Source of the DNA: a candidate division WOR-3 bacterium
GTDB taxonomy: Bacteria > Hydrothermota > Tepidihabitantia > SM23-42 > JAOAFX01
DNA length: 64,000 bases
Reading direction: 5' to 3'
Assembly (NCBI GenBank): GCA_037444665.1
Contig: JBBILZ010000004.1
Span: forward strand, 11,746-75,745
Positions 31,023 to 41,429 of this stretch are shown here, one piece after another; the first letter of the stretch is position 1; the number at the start of each line of letters is the position of its first letter. The notes beneath the pieces were generated by a model that was given only the letters and a program-made list of their open reading frames with translations, made no database searches and was not told the origin of the DNA. The position numbers and the translations under genes are program-made.

Positions 31023-31866
31023 GATTTCTTTTTCGCGATTTACTTTTGGTTTCCTCATAATAATCATTGCTATTTTTTGGTTGATACCAACACTGGGTTT
31101 ATTCATTAGTTCCTTAAGAACCCCTCAGGATGTAATGAGCAGTGGTTGGTGGAAGGTATTCAAAAACATTATTGATTTTCGGCAGTTTACACTTGGAAAC
31201 TATATTAATGTCATAAAAAACTATGGCCTGGCAAGGGCATTCTTAAACAGTCTACTCATCACGATTCCAAGCACTATTTTACCAATCTTTATTGCATCAC
31301 TGGCAGCCTTTGCCTTTGTCCTTATGGAAATCCCATTTAGGCGTATTCTACAAATGGTTGTCATCGGACTTTTAGTTATACCAATACAGATAACGATGGT
31401 TCCCATTTTAAGGATTTATAATAGTCTGGGACTGGCTGGAACATTTCCCGGGCTCTGGCTTGCCCACACTGGTTATGGTTTGCCATTAGCGATCTATATG
31501 TTATACAATTTCTTCGGGATGATACCGAAAGAGCTTTTTGAGGCAGCTTATGTTGAGGGTGCATCTTCTTTTACGATCTACCGAAAGATTCTCATCCCTT
31601 TATCAATGCCTGCCATCGCCTCCTTAACCGTGTTCCAATTCTTATGGGTCTGGAATGACCTGCTGATCGGTCTTATATATCTTGGTGGTAATGAGCAGGT
31701 TGCACCATTGACCGTCAAGGTCAGCAATATGGTGAATTCCCTGGGTCAGAACTGGCATCTTTTAACATCTGCCGCATTTATATCAATGATTATGCCTCTT
31801 ATAATATTTTTCTTCCTTCAAAGGTATTTTGAGCGCGGCATCCTGGTCGGTGCAATAAAAGGATAA
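31015..31866 (+). CDS. ABC transporter permease (MalG/UgpE-like)
   Basis: It carries the EAA motif (ELFEAAYVEGAS). Confidence 0.75.
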   Translation: MNKISFSRFTFGFLIIIIAIFWLIPTLGLFISSLRTPQDVMSSGWWKVFKNIIDFRQFTLGNYINVIKNYGLARAFLNSLLITIPSTILPIFIASLAAFAFVLMEIPFRRILQMVVIGLLVIPIQITMVPILRIYNSLGLAGTFPGLWLAHTGYGLPLAIYMLYNFFGMIPKELFEAAYVEGASSFTIYRKILIPLSMPAIASLTVFQFLWVWNDLLIGLIYLGGNEQVAPLTVKVSNMVNSLGQNWHLLTSAAFISMIMPLIIFFFLQRYFERGILVGAIKG

Positions 31867-31871
31867 AAAAA

Positions 31872-32408
31872 TTACTTGTTTAACCAATCATCAATGGTAT
31901 TTAACAACAATTTGACTCTCTTCTTTATCAAGTAATAATACCATAGACCTGATATTGCAGAAAGTATAAAAATAAACAAAAGTGCTATATTAGATGGAAA
32001 GCGCGTAAAAAAAATAGCAATAAATACAAAAAATACGCCGGGGATGGCAAGATTAAGGCAGACCGTGATCCTTACTTTCTGTGGATTAACAAGTTCTATT
32101 GAACCATGGATTGGAACTACTGAATACCGTGAAACACCATAGTCATAATATTGAAACTCTTTGAAGAAGATTTCCTTCTGGCTGAAAGGATAAAAGTATA
32201 TTTTGTTCTTTATTTTTGATTTTAATATATCCTGTATTCCGGAGGCAGGCGGCAGTGTGTAATGAACCTTAAATAACTCCCAATCAACTTTGTGGACCTT
32301 AATGATTTGAGTGAAATAGCTTGGGATTTTCATCTTTGCAAGAATTTCATCCAGTATTAAGCCAAGAACGAAAAATGCAAACCCAAAATAAATCAAAGTC
32401 CAATCCAT
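31872..32408 (-). CDS. Hypothetical membrane protein
   Basis: It has one N-terminal TM helix and two C-terminal TM helices. Confidence 0.3.
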   Translation of the reverse strand: MDWTLIYFGFAFFVLGLILDEILAKMKIPSYFTQIIKVHKVDWELFKVHYTLPPASGIQDILKSKIKNKIYFYPFSQKEIFFKEFQYYDYGVSRYSVVPIHGSIELVNPQKVRITVCLNLAIPGVFFVFIAIFFTRFPSNIALLFIFILSAISGLWYYYLIKKRVKLLLNTIDDWLNK

Positions 32409-32540
32409 ATCCTACCCCTTTCTCTGCCTTGGGTTTGAAATTCACTGTTTATAAAAATTATCATCATCTTATTTTTCTTAAAAATAAAAATTCAAAAATT
32501 TATCAAACAAAACTCTCAAATCAAACATCACAACTTTCAT

Positions 32541-32556
32541 ATTTGGTCAATTGACC
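32541..32556. promoter_or_regulatory. Perfect 16-bp palindrome TTGGTCAATTGACCAA (operator-like) overlapping the arsR-family gene stop
   Basis: Similar sites occur at 32906 and 42461. Confidence 0.4.
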
Positions 32557-32876
32557 AAATACGAAAATACCTCAATAATCTTTAATTTTTTTACTAAATT
32601 CTCAAGCATTAACATCACATCTCCAATTGCTTCCTCTTTTATCCAATAATACCGATCTTGAAATTGCACATCATAACGCACCAAGTCTAATTGCCGCAAT
32701 GATTTAAGGACATGGGAAACTTTGGAAATGCTCAATCTCATTATCTTAGGAATTTCAGAAGGTTTCTTTTTGCTGCCTTTTAGCAAATATAAGATTTCGT
32801 ATGCAGTGAGATTGCCCAAGACACGACAAATTCGCGAAGCCCGATATCTAATTTCTGGTATCTTCTTTTTTGGCAT
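32547..32876 (-). CDS. ArsR/SmtB family winged-helix transcriptional regulator
   Basis: It carries the HTH region RICRVLGNLTAYEILYLL...ISKVSHVLKSL. Confidence 0.7.
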   Translation of the reverse strand: MPKKKIPEIRYRASRICRVLGNLTAYEILYLLKGSKKKPSEIPKIMRLSISKVSHVLKSLRQLDLVRYDVQFQDRYYWIKEEAIGDVMLMLENLVKKLKIIEVFSYLVN

Positions 32877-32905
32877 GTGCCATTATAACCAGTTTTTTAT
32901 ATTTT

Positions 32906-32921
32906 GTCAATTGGCCAAATT
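32906..32921. promoter_or_regulatory. Imperfect palindrome TTGTCAATTGGCCAA in the arsR promoter region (putative autoregulatory operator)
   Basis: It lies 30-45 nt upstream of the arsR start codon. Confidence 0.4.
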
Positions 32922-32984
32922 AGAAAAGGATACCTTAAATTTATCGAAATGCGGCATAAAAATATTCAATTTTTATTCGGTATT

Positions 32985-33755
32985 TTATGCTTTACGCAGA
33001 TATGAATGAATAAATTTGTAAAGATGTGTCGCTCTTCCGATTTCGGTTTCGGCAATAATTTTTCCATCCTTTGCAATAATCAATGTTCCCCCGAAGCTTC
33101 CGCCCGGAATGGGTTCAAAGGCATTTACCAAAAAAGTGGTAACACCGGTCTTAGCTATCTGCCGGGCATAGACAAATTTTTCTTTTCTCTCCCAATCTTT
33201 TTTATTATTGCAACTACCACCAAATGAACGGGACATAGGCACAATTAAGTAATCAAACTTTTCTTTTTTTAGTATTTTTACGACAGAGTTATCAAAGATA
33301 TCACCGCAAATTGCAAACGCCAATTTTCCAAACGGAGTTAAACAGGAAGGCAAATCTTTGCCTTCAACATAGAGGTCTTTGGGCACCCTGCGGCTATGCC
33401 ATTGGGGATTGATTCGGCGATACTTTAAAATAATTTCTCCCATATCACTAAATAATAATGCAGAATCATAGATCTTCTCCTTTTCTTTTTCTAAAATACC
33501 GATTGCAATATAGATGCGATATCTTTTAGCAATTGCTCCAATTCTGCCAGTAAGTTTACCAGGTATTTTTATCGCAAGGGAAATATTTTTTTTGTAATCC
33601 TCTGTGGGTAAACCAGTTAATGCACATTCTGGAAAACAGATTAATTGGCAATGCTTTTTATATGCCATTTTAACCGAATCTTCAACTTGCATTATGTTTT
33701 CTTCTATTCCTGATTGTTTAAACAGAAATGACGATAAAAACACCTTAAAATTCAT
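32985..33755 (-). CDS. Carbon-nitrogen hydrolase (nitrilase superfamily) amidohydrolase
   Basis: It carries the E-K-C triad context (CFPE...AFAICGD). Confidence 0.7.
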   Translation of the reverse strand: MNFKVFLSSFLFKQSGIEENIMQVEDSVKMAYKKHCQLICFPECALTGLPTEDYKKNISLAIKIPGKLTGRIGAIAKRYRIYIAIGILEKEKEKIYDSALLFSDMGEIILKYRRINPQWHSRRVPKDLYVEGKDLPSCLTPFGKLAFAICGDIFDNSVVKILKKEKFDYLIVPMSRSFGGSCNNKKDWERKEKFVYARQIAKTGVTTFLVNAFEPIPGGSFGGTLIIAKDGKIIAETEIGRATHLYKFIHSYLRKA

Positions 33756-34007
33756 AAGACCTCACTCTACAAAATCCGTCAATTACCTGTATCTGATAAA
33801 TTCGCTGATAACACCTACTTTTTTATAAATATTATAATTATACAAAAAAATAGGTATACTTGCAAGGCGGAACTGCACAATTTTTATCCATCCTATAAAT
33901 TAGACTAAAATAATAATTAGTCAAACTAATCATCCGAAATCGGCTGTTAAAACACCGGCCAGTGGATGCAATTCTCTTATCCGAACAGATGCCCCTATCT
34001 CTTTAAG

Positions 34008-34541
34008 TCAGGCAACTAAATATTCAACGCTGGCTGGGAAATCTGTGTCGCCGCCATCATAATTTACCTCATCAAATTTATCACGATGTTTATCTGGGTC
34101 ATCAAAAAATATAATGTCGCCGATAACAATCCTGCCAGGACGGCACAGCAATTTAGACAGACACGCCAAACTTTCTTTCTTTTTCTGGTCAGTTATATGG
34201 TGCAGAGAGTAGACCATCAGGATTTTTGTAATTCTATACAAAAAGAGATTTAATGTAGCACTAGGGTCTTCAAATGAACCATAAGCAAAAATCAGGTTAT
34301 CAATCTTCTCCTGTTGAGCCTTCTTACGCGCCTTTTTTAGACTTTTTTTATTAATATCAATGCCTATTACACATTTACAAATATGCGCAGCAGAAATGGC
34401 TTTATCCCCGGTACCGGTTCCGAGGTCAAGCAAAATATCGTTATTATTCAATTCCAGTTCTTTTAGAGCAACCTGGCCTACTAAATATGGCACATTCTTT
34501 TGGTTCTCCTCTATACATTTCATCATAAAAAGTTGAGACAA
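34008..34541 (-). CDS. Class I SAM-dependent methyltransferase
   Basis: It carries motif I (ILLDLGTGTGD). Confidence 0.6.
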   Translation of the reverse strand: MSQLFMMKCIEENQKNVPYLVGQVALKELELNNNDILLDLGTGTGDKAISAAHICKCVIGIDINKKSLKKARKKAQQEKIDNLIFAYGSFEDPSATLNLFLYRITKILMVYSLHHITDQKKKESLACLSKLLCRPGRIVIGDIIFFDDPDKHRDKFDEVNYDGGDTDFPASVEYLVA

Positions 34542-34620
34542 TCGGCTAAAGCCTTGCTCTACAGATGCTTTTTGTAGAGTCTACTTCTGCAACTACATTT
34601 TTAAAAAAAATTACTGCTAT

Positions 34621-34947
34621 TTAAGATTCCTCGCCTTTGGTCTTTGTCTTTATTGGTTCAACCAACAAAATATAGGCGGGTTTTTCACTGCGCGAGCGAT
34701 GGCGTGTCCCCTGCTTAACCAGATAACCTTCACCTTCTTTTAATTCAATTGATTCATTCTCAAAGTCAATGAAAATCTTTCCTTTTAACACATAAAAGAA
34801 TTCATCTTCATTCATATGTGTATGCCATTTGAAGGCACCGTCAATCTTGGCAATCCGCAGGGCAGTTTCATTGACATATATAACATCCTGCGGTTGCCAT
34901 GGTTCTTTTAATTTTTTATCAATATCCTTAAAACTTATTTTTGGCAT
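34621..34947 (-). CDS. Cupin domain protein
   Basis: The ~108-aa sequence has a cupin_2-like beta-barrel signature. Confidence 0.55.
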   Translation of the reverse strand: MPKISFKDIDKKLKEPWQPQDVIYVNETALRIAKIDGAFKWHTHMNEDEFFYVLKGKIFIDFENESIELKEGEGYLVKQGTRHRSRSEKPAYILLVEPIKTKTKGEES

Positions 34948-35002
34948 AATACCTCCAATTTATTCAAACATCTAATGTACTGTTCATTGTTATTACTTAA
35001 AA

Positions 35003-35093
35003 GGCATTGCCGCCAGTGTGGTTATTAGTCTATTTGTTGTTCGTTATTTTTAGCCATTAAACTATGCCGAAAGACCATACCAGCCGCTATGCC
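35003..35093. repeat. IVS-like inverted-repeat stem-loop element, locus 1 (empty, degenerate)
   Basis: The left arm is ggcattgccgccagtgtggttattag. After a ~45-nt loop, the right arm is accataccagccgctatgcc. It belongs to the same family as 38646 and 46150/46606. Confidence 0.4.
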
Positions 35094-35141
35094 ATATAAC
35101 CAAAAACTTACAACTATCATAGAAAATTACGGCATTTATGA

Positions 35142-36749
35142 TTACATCCTGAAGACGCCAAATTTATGGTCAAGAATTGAGGCATTCAGGGACATCGCAA
35201 TTCCCAAGCCAAGAACCGTACGCGTATCCATCGGGTCAAGTATTCCATCATCCCAGAGTCTTGCGGTAGAATAATAGGCACTTGATTCATACTCATACTT
35301 TGCCAGAATCGGTTTGCGGATTTCTTCTATTTCCTCAGGAGTGAGTTTTCTACCTTCTTTTTCTAATGCCTTGACCTTGATGTCAGTCAGAACATCTGCT
35401 GCCTGTTCGCCACCCATCACACAAATTTTTGCTGTGGGCCACATAAATAAGAGCCTTGGTTCATAAGCCCGACCGCACATTCCATAATTGCCTGCACCAT
35501 AAGAACCACCAATGATTATGGTAAATTTAGGGACCTGGGCATTTGCTACCGCATGCACCAATTTTGCACCATCCTTTGCAATTCCCTGATGTTCATATCG
35601 TTTTCCCACAATAAATCCGGTAATGTTCTGCAGAAATATCAATGGTATCTTCCGCACACAGCACAACTCAATGAAGTGGGCGCCCTTCTGCGATGATTCA
35701 GAGAATAAAACACCATTGTTGGCAAGAATTCCTACGGGATAACCCATAATCCTTGCAAATCCACACACGAGGGTCTGACCATACAATTCTTTGAATTCGT
35801 GGAATTCACTGCCATCAACTATCCGCGCAATGACTTCACGCATATCAAATGGTTTGCGTAAATCCTTAGGGATTATACCATAAAGCTCTTTTGGGTCATA
35901 TGCAGGGTCAACCGGTGTGCTCCGCTCTAATGGATATTTCGGTTGTCTGCCCAGATTCTCCACAATATTTCTGGTTATTTCTATTGCCTGCTCATCATTT
36001 ATGGCATAATGGTCAGAAACACCTGAAATCCTGCAGTGGACATCAGCACCACCAAGTTCCTCTTCAGTAACGACTTCTCCTGTTGCAGCCTTGACCAGGG
36101 GTGGACCGCCAATGTAAATCGTCCCTACACCCTTTACATGGACAACTTCATCACTCATTGCTGGCTGATACGCACCGCCAGCTGTGCAGAATCCCATTAC
36201 TACAGAAATCTGCGGAATATTCATTGCCGACATTATCGCCTGGTTATAAAAGATTCTTCCAAAATGGAATCTATCAGGAAATGTCCCTACCTGTAAGGGG
36301 AGAAAGATGCCCCCAGAGTCCACAAGATAGATACAGGGAAGCCGATTCTCTATGGCAATCTCCTGAGCACGAATATGTTTTTTTATGGTCTCAGGTATGT
36401 ATGTGCCGCCTTTTACAGTTGCGTCATGGGCGATAACCATTACCTCTCTACCATGGACTACACCGATGCCCGTGATAATCGCCGCAGAAGGATGCTCATT
36501 ATCATACATATCCCAGGCAGCAAGCGGACTCAGTTCTAAAAATGGTGTATCAGGGTCAAGCAATAATCTCAATCTGTCGCGCACAAATAGTTTACCCCTT
36601 TCTTTGTGTTTTTTATGCATATAATCTGGACCGCCTTTACGCACCAGTGCCAGCCGCTCTTTGAGAAGTTTGACTGCCTGCTCCACTGCCTGATAATTCT
36701 CCTTGAAATCAGCACTATTGGTGTCTATTTTTGATTCTATTTTATACAT
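35142..36749 (-). CDS. Acyl-CoA carboxylase carboxyltransferase subunit (methylcrotonyl-/propionyl-CoA carboxylase beta-like), 535 aa
   Basis: It has the two-domain crotonase-fold carboxyltransferase layout. Confidence 0.8.
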   Translation of the reverse strand: MYKIESKIDTNSADFKENYQAVEQAVKLLKERLALVRKGGPDYMHKKHKERGKLFVRDRLRLLLDPDTPFLELSPLAAWDMYDNEHPSAAIITGIGVVHGREVMVIAHDATVKGGTYIPETIKKHIRAQEIAIENRLPCIYLVDSGGIFLPLQVGTFPDRFHFGRIFYNQAIMSAMNIPQISVVMGFCTAGGAYQPAMSDEVVHVKGVGTIYIGGPPLVKAATGEVVTEEELGGADVHCRISGVSDHYAINDEQAIEITRNIVENLGRQPKYPLERSTPVDPAYDPKELYGIIPKDLRKPFDMREVIARIVDGSEFHEFKELYGQTLVCGFARIMGYPVGILANNGVLFSESSQKGAHFIELCCVRKIPLIFLQNITGFIVGKRYEHQGIAKDGAKLVHAVANAQVPKFTIIIGGSYGAGNYGMCGRAYEPRLLFMWPTAKICVMGGEQAADVLTDIKVKALEKEGRKLTPEEIEEIRKPILAKYEYESSAYYSTARLWDDGILDPMDTRTVLGLGIAMSLNASILDHKFGVFRM

Positions 36750-36760
36750 ACACTCCTTTA

Positions 36761-36839
36761 AATTCTAAACAAATTAGAAATCCCAATGTTCCAAGCTATT
36801 TTGCGTTTGGAATTTTTAACATTGAGCATTGTTTAGAAT
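36761..36839. promoter_or_regulatory. Nested imperfect palindrome (about 80 nt) in the spacer upstream of the carboxyltransferase gene
   Basis: The outer arms aaattctaaaca and tgtttagaattt pair, as do the inner arms caatgttccaa and ttggaa..aacattg. A tttagaattt direct repeat is also present. Confidence 0.4.
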
Positions 36840-36860
36840 TTCAAATTTAGAATTTAGTGC

Positions 36861-37265
36861 TCACACAAGCACAGCCTTGTATCCATAGCAGATTATTCCT
36901 GCTGAGCCCTCTTCTTGAATCTTTCGGAAGACAAGTTTTACCTGTTTACCAATCATAACATCTTCGGGTTTACAATCTACTACCTGGGCAGTAATCCGCA
37001 CTCCATCATTCAATTCTATTATTGCGACATTATACGGAACCTGAGTGTTGAACTGTTCTGGTGCAACACGAATTGTTGTATATGTTACAATCTTTCCAGT
37101 TTCGCTCAATTTGACTTTTTCAAAATCTCGTGATTTACAATTATCACAGATAAGTCGGGGTGGAAAGAAAATCTTTCCACATTTTTTACATTTACCCGCC
37201 TCAAGCCGATACCTTTGAGGCATCTCTCTGGTATATCTTGGTGAAGGCATAATTGCTCCTTTCAA
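36861..37265 (-). CDS. DUF35 Zn-ribbon/OB-fold protein (thiolase-HMGS scaffold partner)
   Basis: A CxxC...CxxC rubredoxin-like knuckle is followed by an OB fold. Confidence 0.7.
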   Translation of the reverse strand: MKGAIMPSPRYTREMPQRYRLEAGKCKKCGKIFFPPRLICDNCKSRDFEKVKLSETGKIVTYTTIRVAPEQFNTQVPYNVAIIELNDGVRITAQVVDCKPEDVMIGKQVKLVFRKIQEEGSAGIICYGYKAVLV

Positions 37266-37434
37266 TCAAAACGCAATAATTGCAGTATCATCCGCCACAA
37301 TTCTTGGCGGATTCGCAGTATCGTCCCTTTGGGACTTGCAGTATCGCTGTTGCTTGCACACCTGTCTTTTGCAAACGAAGTGATACTGCACCTCCTGCGA
37401 GTAAAACGATACTGCAAGCGAAGCGATCCTGCGT

Positions 37435-38580
37435 TTATATTGTAAATATATGGACTACCGATGAGGCACCTGAACCACCCATATTCTGCGTCAACCCGAT
37501 CTTTGCATTCTTGACCTGTCTTTTCCCTGCATTGCCACGCAATTGCTCAACAACTTCAACAATCTGCGCAATGCCAGTGGCACCGACGGGATGGCCTTTT
37601 GATTTTAAACCACCTGATGTATTAATAGGTATCTTACCGGTCAATTCAGTCTCACCCTTTTCAACCATCAAGTATGCCTTTCCTCTTTCACAGAAGCCGA
37701 GTTCTTCCATTATACACAATTCAGCAATCGTGAAACAATCATGAACCTCAGCACAATTTACATCGGCAGGTTTTATTCCCGCCATTTTGAACGCCCTTTC
37801 TCCCGCAGTTCTAATGGCGTTAAGACTAAGAATATCCTGCCTCTGATGCAAAGCAATTGTATCGGTTCCAGCACCAGAACCGATCACCCTAACGATTGGT
37901 TTACCTAATTTTTTTGCAGTTTCGGCAGTCGTCACGATTACGCATGCTGCACCATCTGAGACGGGTGAACTGTCCATCATGGTTATCGGGTCTGCAACCA
38001 TCGTTGCATTCAAAACATCATCAAGCGTAACTTCCCTCTGGAATTGGGCATTTGGATTGAGTGCGCCATTTTTATGATTTTTTACTGCGACCATTGCGAG
38101 GTGCTTACGCGTAGCACCATATCTGTGAAAATAGGCATTGGCAATCATTGCAAAAAGTCCAGGGAATGTTATCCCATGGTAGCATTCATATTCTTGGTCA
38201 GCGGCAGTAGATAACGCATAGGTCACATCTGCACCATCGGTCATCTTCTCTACGCCACCGGCAAGGACAATATCATTCATTCCTGAGGCAACATCTAAAA
38301 ATGCCTGCCTGAAGGAAAATCCACCTGAGGCACAGGCAGACTCTACCCTTACTGCTGGTATCGGTGCTACACCAAGATAGTCTGCCATCAATGCACCAAT
38401 GTGCTCCTGGCCAACAAATAGACCTGATGTCATCGTTCCAACATACATTGCATCAATACGGTCAACACCCGCATCGTCAATTGCTTTTAGTGCGGCTTCA
38501 ACAAAAATATCTCTTATTGATTTTGTCCATAATTCACCAAATTTGGTCATACCAATACCGATTACCGCAACTTCCCTCAT
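37435..38580 (-). CDS. Thiolase (acetyl-CoA acetyltransferase, SCP-x/archaeal type)
   Basis: It has the thiolase fold with catalytic Cys, His and Cys contexts. Confidence 0.8.
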   Translation of the reverse strand: MREVAVIGIGMTKFGELWTKSIRDIFVEAALKAIDDAGVDRIDAMYVGTMTSGLFVGQEHIGALMADYLGVAPIPAVRVESACASGGFSFRQAFLDVASGMNDIVLAGGVEKMTDGADVTYALSTAADQEYECYHGITFPGLFAMIANAYFHRYGATRKHLAMVAVKNHKNGALNPNAQFQREVTLDDVLNATMVADPITMMDSSPVSDGAACVIVTTAETAKKLGKPIVRVIGSGAGTDTIALHQRQDILSLNAIRTAGERAFKMAGIKPADVNCAEVHDCFTIAELCIMEELGFCERGKAYLMVEKGETELTGKIPINTSGGLKSKGHPVGATGIAQIVEVVEQLRGNAGKRQVKNAKIGLTQNMGGSGASSVVHIFTI

Positions 38581-38645
38581 TATTAACCTCCTTTAGCAGA
38601 AATTATAAAATATTTGGCAAGCCCTGACATCTGTTTTTCGTTTTT

Positions 38646-38739
38646 GGGCATGGCAGCCATTATGGTCTTTAGGCATAATTTTATGCTGAAATAAACTTTT
38701 GACTTAAAACCAAACCGGCGGCTATGCCATATAACCATA
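38646..38739. repeat. IVS-like inverted-repeat stem-loop element, locus 2 (empty, degenerate)
   Basis: The left arm is gggcatggcagccattatggtctttagg. After a ~40-nt loop, the right arm is accaaaccggcggctatgccatat. Confidence 0.4.
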
Positions 38740-38756
38740 AACAATGCCCCAAACCA

Positions 38757-39815
38757 TCACTCTGCCATTATAATCTTATGCCTGTGTTTGGCATATTCGC
38801 CATAGGTCAAATAAATACGATTATTCTCAAGCATATCCTTAATCTTTTCTGCCTTATCACGCACTTCGTTTATTCTCTCTGTCATTTTGAACACAAAGGC
38901 ATCGCTACCAGCACCAGAACCAAAAGAGACAAGAAAGATTAAATCATTGGGCTGTGCTACATCAAGAACTGCGGAAAATCCGGTTGGTGAAGAACCAGAA
39001 TAGGTATTACCCATTAATGGCACAATCCAGCCCGGCTCAATCTGCTCTTTTTTGAATCCTAATCTCTTACCTATGGTCATAGGAAACTTACCATTGGGCA
39101 TATGAAAGATTGCATATTTGAAGTCCTGTGGTTTGTATCCAGTCTTTTCAAGCATCCCTTTGCCTGCATTATAGATATGTTTAAAATACGCCGGGTCACC
39201 AGTGAATCTTCCACCATGTCTGGGATAGAACTGGTACTCCCGACGCCAGAAATCCGGTGTATCAGTTGCCCAGGAATATGTATCAAGAACTTCTACTACA
39301 ATATTTTCTTTGCCAAAAATAAATGCAGAACCACCAGCAGATGCAGAGAATTCAAGGGCATCGCCTGGTGCACCCTGAGAAGTATCAGCACCGATTCCCA
39401 TCGCATATTCCATTAGACCTGCCCTGACCAAACCATATGCCACAAACATCGCCTCAGTCCCTGCCTTACAGGCAAACTCAAAACTGGCAATGTGGACCTC
39501 AGGTGTAATACCAAGAACCTCAGCGACAACTGTTGCCGATGGTTTTACTGCATAAGGGTGGGATTCAGAACCAACATAGACTGCGCCAATCTTTTTCGGG
39601 TCAATTCCCGCACGCTTCAAGGCATTCTTTGCCGCAGCCACAGAAATGGTGATTGTATCCTCATCCATCCCGGGCACGGTCTTCTCTTTGAGTGCCAATC
39701 CCTTTTTTATTGTCTCCGGGTCTCTGCCCCATTGTTTTGCAATCTCATCTACTTTAATACGATAACGGGGCAGATAAGACCCATAACCCACAATTCCAAT
39801 CTTTTCAGTTGGCAT
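38757..39815 (-). CDS. Hydroxymethylglutaryl-CoA synthase (archaeal/ketoacyl-synthase III-like type)
   Basis: It starts MPTEKIGIVGYGSYLPRYRIKVDEIA... and carries a Cys-His-Asn triad layout. Confidence 0.75.
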   Translation of the reverse strand: MPTEKIGIVGYGSYLPRYRIKVDEIAKQWGRDPETIKKGLALKEKTVPGMDEDTITISVAAAKNALKRAGIDPKKIGAVYVGSESHPYAVKPSATVVAEVLGITPEVHIASFEFACKAGTEAMFVAYGLVRAGLMEYAMGIGADTSQGAPGDALEFSASAGGSAFIFGKENIVVEVLDTYSWATDTPDFWRREYQFYPRHGGRFTGDPAYFKHIYNAGKGMLEKTGYKPQDFKYAIFHMPNGKFPMTIGKRLGFKKEQIEPGWIVPLMGNTYSGSSPTGFSAVLDVAQPNDLIFLVSFGSGAGSDAFVFKMTERINEVRDKAEKIKDMLENNRIYLTYGEYAKHRHKIIMAE

Positions 39816-39856
39816 TAATTACCTCCTTAATAATAAAGATTTTATTCTGACTTAAG

Positions 39857-40888
39857 TCAGAGACCATAATCTTTCATTTCTTTAAGTTCACGCAAAACCT
39901 CTCTCATAGGTGGGGCATCAAACCATTTTCTCTTTGTCAGGCCATTTGTATATGCCTGATATATCAAACTTATCGCCCTGTATAACTCTCTGGTGAGAGG
40001 CGGGGGTGATGATTTCACATTTGATTTCCAATTAACCCTGTCTCTTTTCTTTGCCTCTTCCACATCCTTGAACCACTCTGTATTACGATAAAATATCCGT
40101 GCGATCTCCTTGCTCACAGGTAAACCTTCATAGGTGAACCTACATTCATCCAGTGTTCCCAGGGCATCAACAAGGACAAAATTACGTTGCTCATCAAAAC
40201 CGAGTTCAATCTTACCATCCTCATTAAACAGACCAAGAGATTTGGTCTCTTTTGTAATCAATTCGTTGATAATAGCAACTATCCTTTTCATCTCATCAAG
40301 TTCTTTGTCAGATAGTGCACAAATATTTTTAGCCTCATCCCAGGAAAGATACCTATCAGTAATCTCAAGTTTTGTTGAAACATCATAGATCGGTCTATCA
40401 AGGACCTGCCCTGGTTCAGGCATCTTATCAAATCCGATATCAGATAATTTCAAAGTTCCCTCTTTTAAGCGCTTGAATACTGATGAACCACCAGGTAGGG
40501 CATTGCGATAGATTACCTCAAGGGGTATTAAGAAGTTATTCTTCTCTTTTTGATAAATAGAATAATCATACACATTACCTGTTAAGGCTGGTCTTATCAC
40601 CCTGAGGATTTTTACCTCAATTGTATTGGAAGGCTTTGATAATTCATTCAAGCGTTTGGGTTTTCCATCCTCAACAACACCAAGATAATGGGTCTTTATT
40701 CCGAGTTCCTCAGCCTTTTCAAAAAAATAGGCAGTGGCAATGCAGATTGCAGCACCTTTATTTAATATATGGTCAGGCATCTCACCCCAGTCAAAGACTG
40801 AATATCTATCTGAAAAGACAAATCTACCAATGCCAGGTTCTTTATCTGTTGGTTCTTTTATTATATTCAAATCTTTGACACTACCCAT
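39857..40888 (-). CDS. SAICAR synthetase family protein (PurC-like, long form)
   Basis: It carries the N-terminal GSVKDL...GRFVFSDRYSVFDWG motif region. Confidence 0.55.
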   Translation of the reverse strand: MGSVKDLNIIKEPTDKEPGIGRFVFSDRYSVFDWGEMPDHILNKGAAICIATAYFFEKAEELGIKTHYLGVVEDGKPKRLNELSKPSNTIEVKILRVIRPALTGNVYDYSIYQKEKNNFLIPLEVIYRNALPGGSSVFKRLKEGTLKLSDIGFDKMPEPGQVLDRPIYDVSTKLEITDRYLSWDEAKNICALSDKELDEMKRIVAIINELITKETKSLGLFNEDGKIELGFDEQRNFVLVDALGTLDECRFTYEGLPVSKEIARIFYRNTEWFKDVEEAKKRDRVNWKSNVKSSPPPLTRELYRAISLIYQAYTNGLTKRKWFDAPPMREVLRELKEMKDYGL

Positions 40889-41354
40889 TCTTAATCTCCT
40901 CATCTGCCTTTTCCAGTTCTTTTTTCTTCTCGTCTTGATATGCCGCTACCTTTGATGTAAGGGTCTTATCAGATAAAGCAAGAATCTTTATTGCGGCAAG
41001 GCCTGCCTCTTCAGGTTCAAGGATTGTAAGGGGGCATACTCCAGAGGGCATGCGCAGGGTAGAAAAGATATCTGCACCAGAGAACTTCTCACTATAAGGT
41101 GGACAGGCAATCACTGGCTTTGTTGTATTTGCATCAACAAAACCGCTCAGGGCATTACTCCTGCCTGCAACTGTGATAAAGACGACATTCTCGTTTCCAT
41201 AGGACTTAATGATTTCAAGGACTCTTAAGGGAACTTTATGGGCAGAGGCGACCCGCATTATGCAACCAACCCCAAATCCCTCTATTACCTTCGCAATCTT
41301 TTTACAATGCTCAAGGTCTCCTTTAGACCCCATAATGATGACTACCTTTGCCAT
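40881..41354 (-). CDS. AIR carboxylase / N5-CAIR mutase family protein (PurE-like)
   Basis: It carries VVIIMGSKGDLEHCKK...VASAHKVP...VAGRSNALSG. Confidence 0.7.
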   Translation of the reverse strand: MAKVVIIMGSKGDLEHCKKIAKVIEGFGVGCIMRVASAHKVPLRVLEIIKSYGNENVVFITVAGRSNALSGFVDANTTKPVIACPPYSEKFSGADIFSTLRMPSGVCPLTILEPEEAGLAAIKILALSDKTLTSKVAAYQDEKKKELEKADEEIKNG

Positions 41355-41429
41355 TCATACCCCTTTCTTTTAATAAATTTTATTATATTCAAAAAAGGCA
41401 TTGAGGTCAATAAAAATCGGTGACTCCCT

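Noticed and set aside
35089-35274. Plus-strand ORFs starting MPYNQK / MPYNHK (35089..35274 and 38724..38942).
   Set aside because: They begin inside the repeated IVS-like arm (gctATGCCATATAACCA) and run antisense through well-supported minus-strand genes. They are an artefact of the repeat, not genes.
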